From an uncultured Bacilli bacterium (GTDB lineage Bacteria > Bacillota_I > Bacilli_A > RF39 > UBA660), in assembly GCA_944350445.1 (NCBI GenBank), contig CALVOW010000005.1, forward strand, positions 997-64,996: a stretch of 64,000 bases of DNA. Reading direction: 5' to 3'. The notes beneath the pieces were generated by a model. It had not been told where the DNA came from and made no database searches. It saw only the letters and a list, made by a program, of their open reading frames with translations. Positions 26,200 to 35,720 of the stretch are shown here, in pieces. Each line of letters begins with the position of its first letter. Within the stretch, counting starts at the first letter, position 1. Made by a program: the position numbers and the translations under genes.

Positions 26200-28215
26200 G
26201 TTTTAATACCATTTAAAATGTCATAGAACTAAAACATTTCTTTTTTGCTTTTTCCATTTTTATTTGTTTTAATACCATTTAAAATGTCATAGAACTAAAA
26301 CGCATTTGCAACTACTGATTTGTTTTCTGCAGTTTTAATACCATTTAAAATGTCATAGAACTAAAACTTTACTCTACCTACAACACCATTTCTAGCAGTT
26401 TTAATACCATTTAAAATGTCATAGAACTAAAACTACACAATAACACAATAACGCCAAAAGCAAGTTTTAATACCATTTAAAATGTCATAGAACTAAAACC
26501 ATAAGTTGTAATATCTATAAATTCATCTGGTTTTAATACCATTTAAAATGTCATAGAACTAAAACATTTCTTTTTTGCTTTTTCCATTTTTATTTGTTTT
26601 AATACCATTTAAAATGTCATAGAACTAAAACGCATTTGCAACTACTGATTTGTTTTCTGCAGTTTTAATACCATTTAAAATGTCATAGAACTAAAACACT
26701 GACTTATGCTATACTATATTTGTAATTGTTTTAATACCATTTAAAATGTCATAGAACTAAAACCGACAACTTTAATCTTCCAAAACTTCAATTGTTTTAA
26801 TACCATTTAAAATGTCATAGAACTAAAACTAACACCTATGTATTGATAAAACATTTCAGGTTTTAATACCATTTAAAATGTCATAGAACTAAAACCTACG
26901 ACGCGGTTGGCTTCTCGCTTGAGGAGTTTTAATACCATTTAAAATGTCATAGAACTAAAACCTAGTAAATGTTTAACCCCCTTGATATCTTGTTTTAATA
27001 CCATTTAAAATGTCATAGAACTAAAACGAATATTTGGTATTAATTGTGGTCATTCAAGTTTTAATACCATTTAAAATGTCATAGAACTAAAACACATCTA
27101 CATAACTAAACCCTTGTGGCGTAGTTTTAATACCATTTAAAATGTCATAGAACTAAAACCATTGCACTTATTTTATGACTAATATAGGAGTTTTAATACC
27201 ATTTAAAATGTCATAGAACTAAAACATAATTACATTTTCTAATTTCGATAGGTAAGTTTTAATACCATTTAAAATGTCATAGAACTAAAACAGAATATGA
27301 ATTTTACGAAATCAATTATATGTTTTAATACCATTTAAAATGTCATAGAACTAAAACAGGTGTTAAGACTGCTACAGAGGTAGTATCGTTTTAATACCAT
27401 TTAAAATGTCATAGAACTAAAACAGTGTAATGATGTATGAAAAATTACCTTTTGTTTTAATACCATTTAAAATGTCATAGAACTAAAACATTAATATAAG
27501 CGTCACTATTCCAAGAACAGTTTTAATACCATTTAAAATGTCATAGAACTAAAACTAAGTAGCTTTTAATGAAGATTTAACTTCTGTTTTAATACCATTT
27601 AAAATGTCATAGAACTAAAACTGATTAGCTATTGTTCCTAATGGCGGAGGTGTTTTAATACCATTTAAAATGTCATAGAACTAAAACATCATACATGATC
27701 ACATATTCATCGGGATGGTTTTAATACCATTTAAAATGTCATAGAACTAAAACTATTAGACAATTATATTGTCTCACATATTAGTTTTAATACCATTTAA
27801 AATGTCATAGAACTAAAACAAACATACTTAATTCTTTCTATAACCTTTTGTTTTAATACCATTTAAAATGTCATAGAACTAAAACATATCAATCATTTTA
27901 CTACTATCTTCGGGTGTTTTAATACCATTTAAAATGTCATAGAACTAAAACAATAGAATTGGAGTTTATTGTGTCAATGCAGTTTTAATACCATTTAAAA
28001 TGTCATAGAACTAAAACTCTTTGTTTACTAGCTTATATGTAATTCCGGTTTTAATACCATTTAAAATGTCATAGAACTAAAACGCGACTACTAATCAATC
28101 GACGACTACTAATGTTTTAATACCATTTAAAATGTCATAGAACTAAAACTTATAATCTCTAATTTGAAGCGAATAGCTCGTTTTAATACCATTTAAAATG
28201 TCATAGAACTAAAAC
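26200..28215 (-). CRISPR. CRISPR array, leader-proximal segment: 31 identical 36-bp repeats and 30 spacers of exactly 30 nt
   Basis: Repeats start at 26200 + 66k for k = 0..30. The sequence is the same as in segment 1. It is transcribed from the leader at 28216-28296 toward lower coordinates. Confidence 0.97.
26530..26661 (-). repeat. Duplicated repeat-spacer-repeat-spacer block (identical to 26200-26331)
   Basis: Spacers atttcttttttgctttttccatttttattt and gcatttgcaactactgatttgttttctgca each occur twice (26236/26566 and 26302/26632). Confidence 0.9.
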
Positions 28216-28296
28216 CTCAAATGGTTTTAATTCTAAAAGATCCATAGAAAATCAGTTATTTTAAATGATATTTATTTCTACAACATTCTATAATTA
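28216..28296 (-). promoter_or_regulatory. CRISPR leader (between the csn2 stop and the first repeat)
   Basis: 81-nt AT-rich segment. In transcription sense it ends ..ccATTTGAG directly before repeat 1. It contains a degenerate repeat-like copy at 28224-28256. Confidence 0.7.
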
Positions 28297-28974
28297 TTAT
28301 AACACAAATTCTTCTAATTCATTATCAATAATTAATTTATTTTCATAATTAAGTTTTACTCCATAGCTTTGACTATCAATTAAAATTATTGTTATATTAT
28401 TATAAATAGCATATTTATATAATTCTTCTAATTCTTCTTTCGATAATAACTGTTTTAAGTTTACCAAAAACAAAATTTCATTTGTTTTTAAAACAGACTC
28501 TAAGTCAATTAACAAAAGTAAATTATCAAGTAAATCATTTTTATCATTTATAGATACTTTAAATAATTTAATAATATCATCAATTATTAAATCTTCGTTT
28601 AAAATTAATGGAAGATCAATATTTTTTAATATATTAGCTACACTTTTATACATTTTTTTATAAATATTAAATATTTGTTGTTTGTCTATGTCGCTTAAAT
28701 TATTAATTATTTTTTTATTTAAAGAATTAAGATTTTTTTTAGAATTTAAATCAAGATCAAAAAAATTAATATATATTTCAATTTTTGATTGAAGATTTAT
28801 TTCTTCATTTTGATTATCATAAAAATATAGTTCATTTGTATAATCACCATTTTTTATAAGATATAAATCACTAATAAATTTATAAAACATTTTCTTGTTT
28901 TCAATTTCAACAACTTGAATATTACTATCATTTAAAAAAATATTATTATTAAAATAATTCACTCGTAAATTCAT
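28297..28974 (-). CDS. csn2: CRISPR-associated protein Csn2 (type II-A signature)
   Basis: 225 aa, the last gene of the cas operon, directly followed by leader and array. Size and N-terminus (MNLRVNYFNNNIFLNDSNIQVVEIENKKMFYKF) are typical of canonical Csn2. Confidence 0.85.
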   Translation of the reverse strand: MNLRVNYFNNNIFLNDSNIQVVEIENKKMFYKFISDLYLIKNGDYTNELYFYDNQNEEINLQSKIEIYINFFDLDLNSKKNLNSLNKKIINNLSDIDKQQIFNIYKKMYKSVANILKNIDLPLILNEDLIIDDIIKLFKVSINDKNDLLDNLLLLIDLESVLKTNEILFLVNLKQLLSKEELEELYKYAIYNNITIILIDSQSYGVKLNYENKLIIDNELEEFVL

Positions 28975-29291
28975 AAAACAACCAACCTATCTTCACTATT
29001 AATTATTTTGGTATTTTCACAACCGGAAATAAATTCAATTTTTGAATATTGTTTTTCCGTTATCGTTAAAACTTGAATAATCCCTTTTTTAGGAGCTTTT
29101 TTTCTAATTCTTTCAATTAATAATTTAGATTGTTCACTGTTTAAAACTATTTTAGAATAAACAGATTCTTGCATCATTAAAAAGCCTTCATTTATTAAAA
29201 ATTTTCTAAACATTATATAATTTTTTCGATCTTTTAAATAAACGTTTGGTAAATCAAAGAAAACAATTGTTCGCACTACTCTATCCCTCAT
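28971..29291 (-). CDS. cas2: CRISPR-associated endoribonuclease Cas2
   Basis: About 106 aa starting MRDRVVRTIVFFDLP (Cas2 beta1 with conserved Asp). The tracked ORF extends to 29321, but ATG 29291 abuts the cas1 stop. Confidence 0.85.
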   Translation of the reverse strand: MRDRVVRTIVFFDLPNVYLKDRKNYIMFRKFLINEGFLMMQESVYSKIVLNSEQSKLLIERIRKKAPKKGIIQVLTITEKQYSKIEFISGCENTKIINSEDRLVVL

Positions 29292-30150
29292 AAATAAAAT
29301 CCTTATATTCTTTATTTTCACTTAAAACCTTAAAAGTATTTTTCACATAAAGTTCAATAATATCTTTTAAAGTATATTTTTTTGAATTAAAAGTATAAAT
29401 ATTATTAAAAATATTAATTATATCAAGTTTTAAATTACTATCTAATTCTCTCTCTTGATTATAATAAACAAAAGCATCAATTATAACTCGAAATGGTTCC
29501 ATTAAATCACAAGCCAAATTAAAAGGGTTAAATTCATTTTTATGGTGAATTCCTAATTGTGTTAAATACCCATTGTTAGTTATTTCTTTACTAATTGTTG
29601 ATAATAAAATAGCATAGCCATAATTTAATTTAGCATTTATGATGTCGTTATTACCTCTTGAAAATTTTTTTCCAAATAAGGCATTAAAATAAACCTTAGA
29701 AGCATGTCCTTCGCGATTACTTTTATCCCCTACTCCCACTTCATCAACATAACTAAAAACAAGATTTGCTTGTTTACTTTTAATTTTTTTTAGTAAAAAA
29801 GCTTGATTTATAATTTTATTTTTAACAATTAAAGTCCATAAATTATCTTTATTTTTTAATGTCCATTTTGTTTGTTCAATGATTTTTTTACTGGAATTAT
29901 GCCGAGAATAAAATGGCTGTATTTGACCATAAGGATTATGTTTTTCATCGCAAAAAATAATATTAATTTTGTTATCAGTTAATTCTTTCAATAAATAAGA
30001 AGAAATAGATACAGATATAGAATCAACTATAATTGTATCTATTTCTGATAAGTGAATATATTTTTCTTCAATATCTTTTTTAACGACTAAAAATCTATTC
30101 TTGTAACTTATTTTGGCTTGATTAGCGATGACAACTGTTCTAAAACTCAT
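29281..30150 (-). CDS. cas1: CRISPR-associated endonuclease Cas1 (type II)
   Basis: 289 aa, overlapping the cas9 stop. Typical type II Cas1 N-terminus (SFRTVVI..AKISYKNRFLVVKK) and a conserved C-terminal helical domain (GIHHKNEFNPFNLACDLMEPFR). Confidence 0.9.
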   Translation of the reverse strand: MSFRTVVIANQAKISYKNRFLVVKKDIEEKYIHLSEIDTIIVDSISVSISSYLLKELTDNKINIIFCDEKHNPYGQIQPFYSRHNSSKKIIEQTKWTLKNKDNLWTLIVKNKIINQAFLLKKIKSKQANLVFSYVDEVGVGDKSNREGHASKVYFNALFGKKFSRGNNDIINAKLNYGYAILLSTISKEITNNGYLTQLGIHHKNEFNPFNLACDLMEPFRVIIDAFVYYNQERELDSNLKLDIINIFNNIYTFNSKKYTLKDIIELYVKNTFKVLSENKEYKDFIYEG

Positions 30151-33100
30151 ATCGACTCTCTTTAAGACCAGCAGGAGATTTAAATATTAAAGTTCCAGAC
30201 TTAATATTTATCCCATTTTGTCGTCCTATTCGACTACTCATTTTTTTATCATGAAGTTTTATTTTATCTAAATTTGCATTAGTTGAATTACATTTTAACA
30301 TTTTAAATATTTCTTGTATAACTTCTACTTTCGAAATACTTGTTTTATCATCATTGTTTATTTGCAAATTAAGATTTTGAAATTTATTTAATGATTTAAG
30401 TAATTTAAATTTTTCTAATTCATTACTATATAATGGATAAGAAAGTTCAATTTTATCTAATATTAAATCATATAATTCAATTATTTGTTTATCAAAAATT
30501 TCTAACCAATATTTTTTACCTTCGAAATTATTTTTATAACTTGGAATTCTTTGATTAAAAATAAAATTCAATAAATTTTTATATTTAATTTGTTCTTCTT
30601 TAGTTAACTTAAATTCAATATTATTAATAACTTCAGCAGATTTAGTACCACAACCAGTTATACAACATTTTTGATTTTTATATATTATTTCAATATTAAA
30701 AGGTATTCTATCTTTTTCTATAATATAATTATCACAGTTTAACTCTTTTATAATATAATTATTAATTTCTTCTTTTAAATTTTTCTTTTTAGTTAAAATA
30801 ACTGGTATTCCTATTAATGCTTTTTCTTCTTTATTCTTTTTTTGATACTTAACTAATATCATATATGAATATTGACAAGATGTATAACCACCATATATTT
30901 TAGGATCTAAGTTTTCTTTGATATTTATTAAAGATTTATTAGAAGTTGCTTTATAAATAGTTTCTTTATAAAATGCACCAGTATTAATAAAAGTTTTTTT
31001 ACTTATTAAAATATCATTTCGATATAAAGTATTGGCAATTTTTTCAATAAATTCCTTGGTATTAAATAATACTTCTCCAGTTTTTTCATCAATTTTTAAA
31101 TAATTTTCATCAATACTATTAATAACATAACCATATTTTAATTCATTATAACGTTTTTCAGTAAGTAATTTTTTAACTAATTCAAAAAATTCTGATTTAT
31201 TTAAAGTTCTTTTTAAATATTTTGTTTGATAAATTCCCAAAGTAATTGCTAAATAAGCATCATGAGCATGATGGTAATCATTTAAATTACGATATTTATA
31301 CAATTTAAATCTTTGACGGTAATTACTAGAAATATTGGCTTTTAAATAAATTACATTGGTATTTTTATATAAGCTTTTTAAAATATTAGCTACATGTTTA
31401 GTAATTTGTCTAGTTTCAACTAATTGACGATTGATAAATCCTTCAATATCTTTGTCGGTAAAATCAGTACGCATTAAATTGTTGTACTTCTTAGAAGACA
31501 TTAATTCTATTTCTTTTAAATGTTTCCACCAACCACTTTGTTTTTGAAATTCCCTTGGTAAAACTAGGTTATCACGTTTAATTTGATTTTCTTCTTTTAA
31601 TACCAAGGCTTTATTATCAATAGAATCATCTTTAATTAAAGTTTGAGGTAAGATATGATCAACTTCATATTTATCTGTATATAAGTCTTCAAAAATAATA
31701 GATGTACCAGAATATAAACTTTTACCTTCTTGTAAGAAGTATAAAAATAATTTTTCTTTATCAATTTTTTCAACATTTTTAAGTTTATCTTTTAATTCTT
31801 GATAATTTTTAATTTCGGTTTTATTTTGGTCATATATATTTAATAGTCTTTTTTTCCGATCATCTTTTCTAACTTTCTTTTCATCACTTCTTGACATTTC
31901 TATACTAATATTCTTTGGTTCGTATCCCATATAATCAATTATTTCTTGAACTACTTTTAAAGCTTGATAAATTCCTCGTTTAGTAGCAGGGGAAGTAGCC
32001 AAATCACTAACTAAGGAGTAATCTAATTTCGTAATTTCTTCTTGATTATTTTCTTCTTGAATAAATTTTTGAAAATTATATTGTGGATTATTGATAATTT
32101 GCATGAAATTTTCTTTGGTTTCCCACATTAAATCCATTATTGATTTAAAAGTATTACTTTCTTCATCATAATAGTATTTTGTTTCTAACAATTTTCTTGA
32201 TAAATTACTCCATCCTTTATAATTTTTAGTTAAAATAGTATTCATTTTTGGTAATAAATTAGGATATAATTCTGTAATTTCTTCTTTTAATATTTCTTTA
32301 TCTTCTAAAACAGTTATTAATTCTATAATTTTTTCAGCGTCATCTATTGTTAAATTTGTATCTTTAAAAATACCATTATCACCAAAAAAATCTATATAAG
32401 AATCCATATTATTAGCAAATTTTAAATCAGATGAATAACCATCAATTCTAATATCAGCACTATCTAAATCAATATACATTGATATTTCATTGGTTGTTCT
32501 TAAATAATTTTGAAATTTTTTATCGGTTAAACTACCTTTATTTTTTAAGAAAAATTCTTTATATATTTTATGTTGAAATGCTAAATCTATTTCTTTATCA
32601 TTTATTTTAATTTGCTTTAATTCATTTAAAACTTTAAATTTTGAATATAAAAGAGAATTATTAGGAATAGCATATTCATCTAATAAATAACTAGATTTAC
32701 CTATCATTCTATAAATAAAATTTTTAGCTGATTTTCGAATATCAACAACTTCTTCAAAATTATAAGGCGTTATTTTTCCTTTACTTTTTCTTACCATCCA
32801 AGCAAAAGGATGATTTTCATTTGCAACTAAAGGTCCAACATAATAAGGAATTCGAAATTTTAAAAGTTTAACAATTTTATATTCGCCTTTTACTTTTTCT
32901 AACAAAAAATGATAATATTGTCCTTGATTTTCAAGAATAATTTTTAGTTCGGCTAGATTTAATTGATAAGGAAATTTACCATTTTGGGTATCAGCTATTC
33001 TTGGCAAGAAAGAACTATTTTCCATACTATCTAATATCTTTTTAATTTGTTCTTGATTTTCCTTAGTAGTTATTTGTTCCAAAACTTTTTTTAATTCATT

Positions 33101-34267
33101 AGTAAATTCGGTATAAGTTAATTGATTTCTTATATATTTAGTATAAACAGATAATTCTTCTTTATTATCTTTAATTTTATCTTTAAATAGTCTTCTAAAA
33201 TTACTTTGATAAGGACGAATTAAATCTTTAATAAGGTGTAAATCCTTCTTTTGTTTATTATAATTAGCAACCATTAAATTAGAAATACTAGCACTATCTT
33301 GATTTTTAAAAAGTTGTTTTAAAGAAATCATATCATATAACTCTTTAAAAGCATTAATTACTTCAAATTCTTCTGGTAATTCACTTTGTAATTTATCTAT
33401 TTCCTTATCTATATTTATATCTGTAAAATCTATCTTTTTAACATTTTCGATATTTTTAGCAAATAAATTTTCTAAATTAGCATTACTGCCAGCTAATAAA
33501 GATGCTATTTCTTTACTAACTTTATTGTGAAATTGCGTTGTTAATTCTTTTATAATTGCTTTCTTTTTATCATTTTTATTTTGAATATAAAAGGCATTTT
33601 CTAATTCTTTTAGATTAATATTATCAATACTTGGTTCTTGATTATAAATATCTGTACATATTTCAAAAATTGTATTTAAAACTTCTTCTAATTTTTCTCG
33701 AACATTGATTTTTTCGATATTAAATTCGTCCATATTATAATTAAAATTACCACGATATTTAATAATATGATGAATTGCTAAGTAAATAAGGCGAAGATCC
33801 TCTTTTTCTTTATTAATAATTAATTTTTTTCTTAAATGATAAATAGTTGGATATTTATTATCTACGCAACTAATCATTCTTTTATTTTGATAAATTACTT
33901 CTCTTTTTAAATTACTAAAAATTTCTTTTTTATCGTAATTAGTTAAAGGTATTTTTTTATTTTTAATATCATCAGGACTAATATTACTTGTTTTTAATTT
34001 TTGAAAAAAAGTAGGATCAACTTTATTTATTTCTTCTCTAAACTCATCTTGTAACAATCTAATTCTCTCCCGTCTTCTGTCATATCTTCTCCTTGTACTT
34101 CGAAAATTTCTTCTATCAACAGCTGTTGTTGCCATGTCAAATAATCTAACTCCCCATAAAGATTTTTGTTTATTACCTTTTTTAATTATGTTAAAATTAT
34201 CATCAATAACAGCATAACCTACTGATGCTGTTCCAATATCAAGTCCAATATTATAATCTTTTTGCAT
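30140..34267 (-). CDS. cas9: CRISPR-associated endonuclease Cas9 (type II-A, SpCas9-sized)
   Basis: 1375 aa. RuvC-I IGLDIGTASVGYAV, an Arg-rich bridge helix RRNFRSTRRRYDRRRERIRLL, HNH YEVDHILPQ..DNKALV, and RuvC-III NDYHHAHDAYL. Confidence 0.97.
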   Translation of the reverse strand: MQKDYNIGLDIGTASVGYAVIDDNFNIIKKGNKQKSLWGVRLFDMATTAVDRRNFRSTRRRYDRRRERIRLLQDEFREEINKVDPTFFQKLKTSNISPDDIKNKKIPLTNYDKKEIFSNLKREVIYQNKRMISCVDNKYPTIYHLRKKLIINKEKEDLRLIYLAIHHIIKYRGNFNYNMDEFNIEKINVREKLEEVLNTIFEICTDIYNQEPSIDNINLKELENAFYIQNKNDKKKAIIKELTTQFHNKVSKEIASLLAGSNANLENLFAKNIENVKKIDFTDINIDKEIDKLQSELPEEFEVINAFKELYDMISLKQLFKNQDSASISNLMVANYNKQKKDLHLIKDLIRPYQSNFRRLFKDKIKDNKEELSVYTKYIRNQLTYTEFTNELKKVLEQITTKENQEQIKKILDSMENSSFLPRIADTQNGKFPYQLNLAELKIILENQGQYYHFLLEKVKGEYKIVKLLKFRIPYYVGPLVANENHPFAWMVRKSKGKITPYNFEEVVDIRKSAKNFIYRMIGKSSYLLDEYAIPNNSLLYSKFKVLNELKQIKINDKEIDLAFQHKIYKEFFLKNKGSLTDKKFQNYLRTTNEISMYIDLDSADIRIDGYSSDLKFANNMDSYIDFFGDNGIFKDTNLTIDDAEKIIELITVLEDKEILKEEITELYPNLLPKMNTILTKNYKGWSNLSRKLLETKYYYDEESNTFKSIMDLMWETKENFMQIINNPQYNFQKFIQEENNQEEITKLDYSLVSDLATSPATKRGIYQALKVVQEIIDYMGYEPKNISIEMSRSDEKKVRKDDRKKRLLNIYDQNKTEIKNYQELKDKLKNVEKIDKEKLFLYFLQEGKSLYSGTSIIFEDLYTDKYEVDHILPQTLIKDDSIDNKALVLKEENQIKRDNLVLPREFQKQSGWWKHLKEIELMSSKKYNNLMRTDFTDKDIEGFINRQLVETRQITKHVANILKSLYKNTNVIYLKANISSNYRQRFKLYKYRNLNDYHHAHDAYLAITLGIYQTKYLKRTLNKSEFFELVKKLLTEKRYNELKYGYVINSIDENYLKIDEKTGEVLFNTKEFIEKIANTLYRNDILISKKTFINTGAFYKETIYKATSNKSLINIKENLDPKIYGGYTSCQYSYMILVKYQKKNKEEKALIGIPVILTKKKNLKEEINNYIIKELNCDNYIIEKDRIPFNIEIIYKNQKCCITGCGTKSAEVINNIEFKLTKEEQIKYKNLLNFIFNQRIPSYKNNFEGKKYWLEIFDKQIIELYDLILDKIELSYPLYSNELEKFKLLKSLNKFQNLNLQINNDDKTSISKVEVIQEIFKMLKCNSTNANLDKIKLHDKKMSSRIGRQNGINIKSGTLIFKSPAGLKESRYEF

Positions 34268-34300
34268 ATTGACATACCTCCTATAATATGTTATATTTAA

Positions 34301-34392
34301 GTAGTCTTAATACCATTTAAGATGTCATAGAGAGTTAAAATAAAGGTTTACCCTAAACATTAACTTATGAAACTGGTTAGCCAGTTTTTTTT
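34301..34392 (+). ncRNA. tracrRNA
   Basis: Divergent from cas9. The anti-repeat cttaataccatttaagatgtcatagag matches the plus-strand repeat apart from two substitutions. A nexus-like agttaaaataaagg follows, then the terminator hairpin actgg-ttag-ccagt and T8. A tataat -10 box lies at 34282-34287. Confidence 0.8.
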
Positions 34393-34542
34393 ATGACAAA
34401 AATTAATTTTTGAAAAATTAAGTACTACCATCTAAATAGATGATACCATATTTTGGAAATTTTTACTATTAATTTTTAATTTAAAAAACCAGTTACTCTT
34501 TCTGAATAACTGGATTTTTCATTATCATTAAATTGTTATATA

Positions 34543-34833
34543 TTATTTTTTATAATAATTCTTATTTTTATAATAATTTTTATTTTTGTAATAGTATTTA
34601 TTTTTATTATTATTTTTCTTTTTTAAAGGAACTTTATTACTTTCTTCAATTACATCTTCCGGATGATTGTAAATAACGTTTTCTTGTAAAGCCTGTTTTT
34701 TCTTTAAAGGTTTTACAAACACTTGCAAATATGTCCAAAAAATACCAATTAAAAGCGCTAATGCTGCAATATAATAAAATGTTAAATTCCAAGAATCATT
34801 ATATTTTGTAACAGTTTCTAAAATATTTATCAT
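34543..34833 (-). CDS. Small membrane protein with a Lys/Asn/Tyr-repeat C-terminal tail
   Basis: 96 aa with one TM helix (ALALLIGIFWTYLQVF). The tail is KKNNNKNKYYYKNKNYYKNKNYYKK. Confidence 0.4.
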   Translation of the reverse strand: MINILETVTKYNDSWNLTFYYIAALALLIGIFWTYLQVFVKPLKKKQALQENVIYNHPEDVIEESNKVPLKKKNNNKNKYYYKNKNYYKNKNYYKK

Positions 34834-34870
34834 AATACCACCTTCTTATTCTTCCCATTTTTTTTTAAAT

Positions 34871-35638
34871 CTATGCAGCTCGTGTTTGAATTTCTGCTAT
34901 TTTTTCAAGAACTTCTTTGGCATTTTCATCAGTAATACCAGTAAAACCTAATTCTTTTAAAGCTTGAGCTGTTACAGTATTTAATTCTTCAGTTCGACTT
35001 AATTTTTCTTCATGTTTTCTTTCAATTTCTTGAACAAAACGACGATGTGTCTCAGCTATCTTACTCTTAGCTGCTCCCCCATTATTATAAAGAGCAAAAG
35101 CACTAAAAATGATACTTTCAAAATTAAATTGTTGATCTTGATTGAATAAAAATTCCATAGGATCAGTAAAGCCCATTAATTTAGAAACAAAACAAAGTAA
35201 ATATTTTAATTCTTTACTATTACCCATACTTTGTAAATAATGATATAAGTAAACATAAGTATTATAAGTATCTTTGGTATGATCATCATGAAGTCTATCT
35301 TTTAAAAGCGAAATAATATCGGTTAAAATTTCAACTTCTTTACGATTAAACCCTTTTAAATCGATTAGATTACTTCCTGATAAAGCAACTTTAACACCTT
35401 CATTTAACTTTGTATCTATTTTAATAATATATTCTCCATCTATCTCTATATTATCTAAATCTGCTTCTTTTTTAATTTCCAATAATTGCATTAATCTAGT
35501 TGCTTTCTCACTTGGCCAATCTTCTAGTTTATCAAGAGCTAAATAATTATATAACATTTGTCTTGAAACTCCTAAATATTTTGCTAATCTTACTTTTGAA
35601 ACTCCTATTTCGGATAGTATATTATTAATTTTACTCAT
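34871..35638 (-). CDS. Helix-turn-helix (XRE-type) domain protein
   Basis: 255 aa with an N-terminal HTH ILSEIGVSKVRLAKYLGVSRQMLYNYL. The C-terminal domain is unassigned. Confidence 0.55.
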   Translation of the reverse strand: MSKINNILSEIGVSKVRLAKYLGVSRQMLYNYLALDKLEDWPSEKATRLMQLLEIKKEADLDNIEIDGEYIIKIDTKLNEGVKVALSGSNLIDLKGFNRKEVEILTDIISLLKDRLHDDHTKDTYNTYVYLYHYLQSMGNSKELKYLLCFVSKLMGFTDPMEFLFNQDQQFNFESIIFSAFALYNNGGAAKSKIAETHRRFVQEIERKHEEKLSRTEELNTVTAQALKELGFTGITDENAKEVLEKIAEIQTRAA

Positions 35639-35720
35639 CCTAGTACCTCCTCTAAACTAATTTTATCAAATTCTTTATTTTTGTCAATAAAATAATAATA
35701 TTGGTTAAAAAAACCATTGA

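Noticed and set aside
28018-28179. 10-11-nt matches between spacers 28018-28047 and 28150-28179 and the intron end or MuF motif region of the large insert
   Set aside because: By my rough estimate, matches of this length are expected many times by chance in DNA this AT-rich. Extending the alignments requires indels or gives identity of only about 60 percent.
34543-34620. Tandem K/N/Y-rich tails (also at 45990-46059) as a shared functional motif
   Set aside because: Low-complexity AAT/AAA/TAT codon runs are expected in genomes this AT-rich, and the evidence for a specific function is insufficient.
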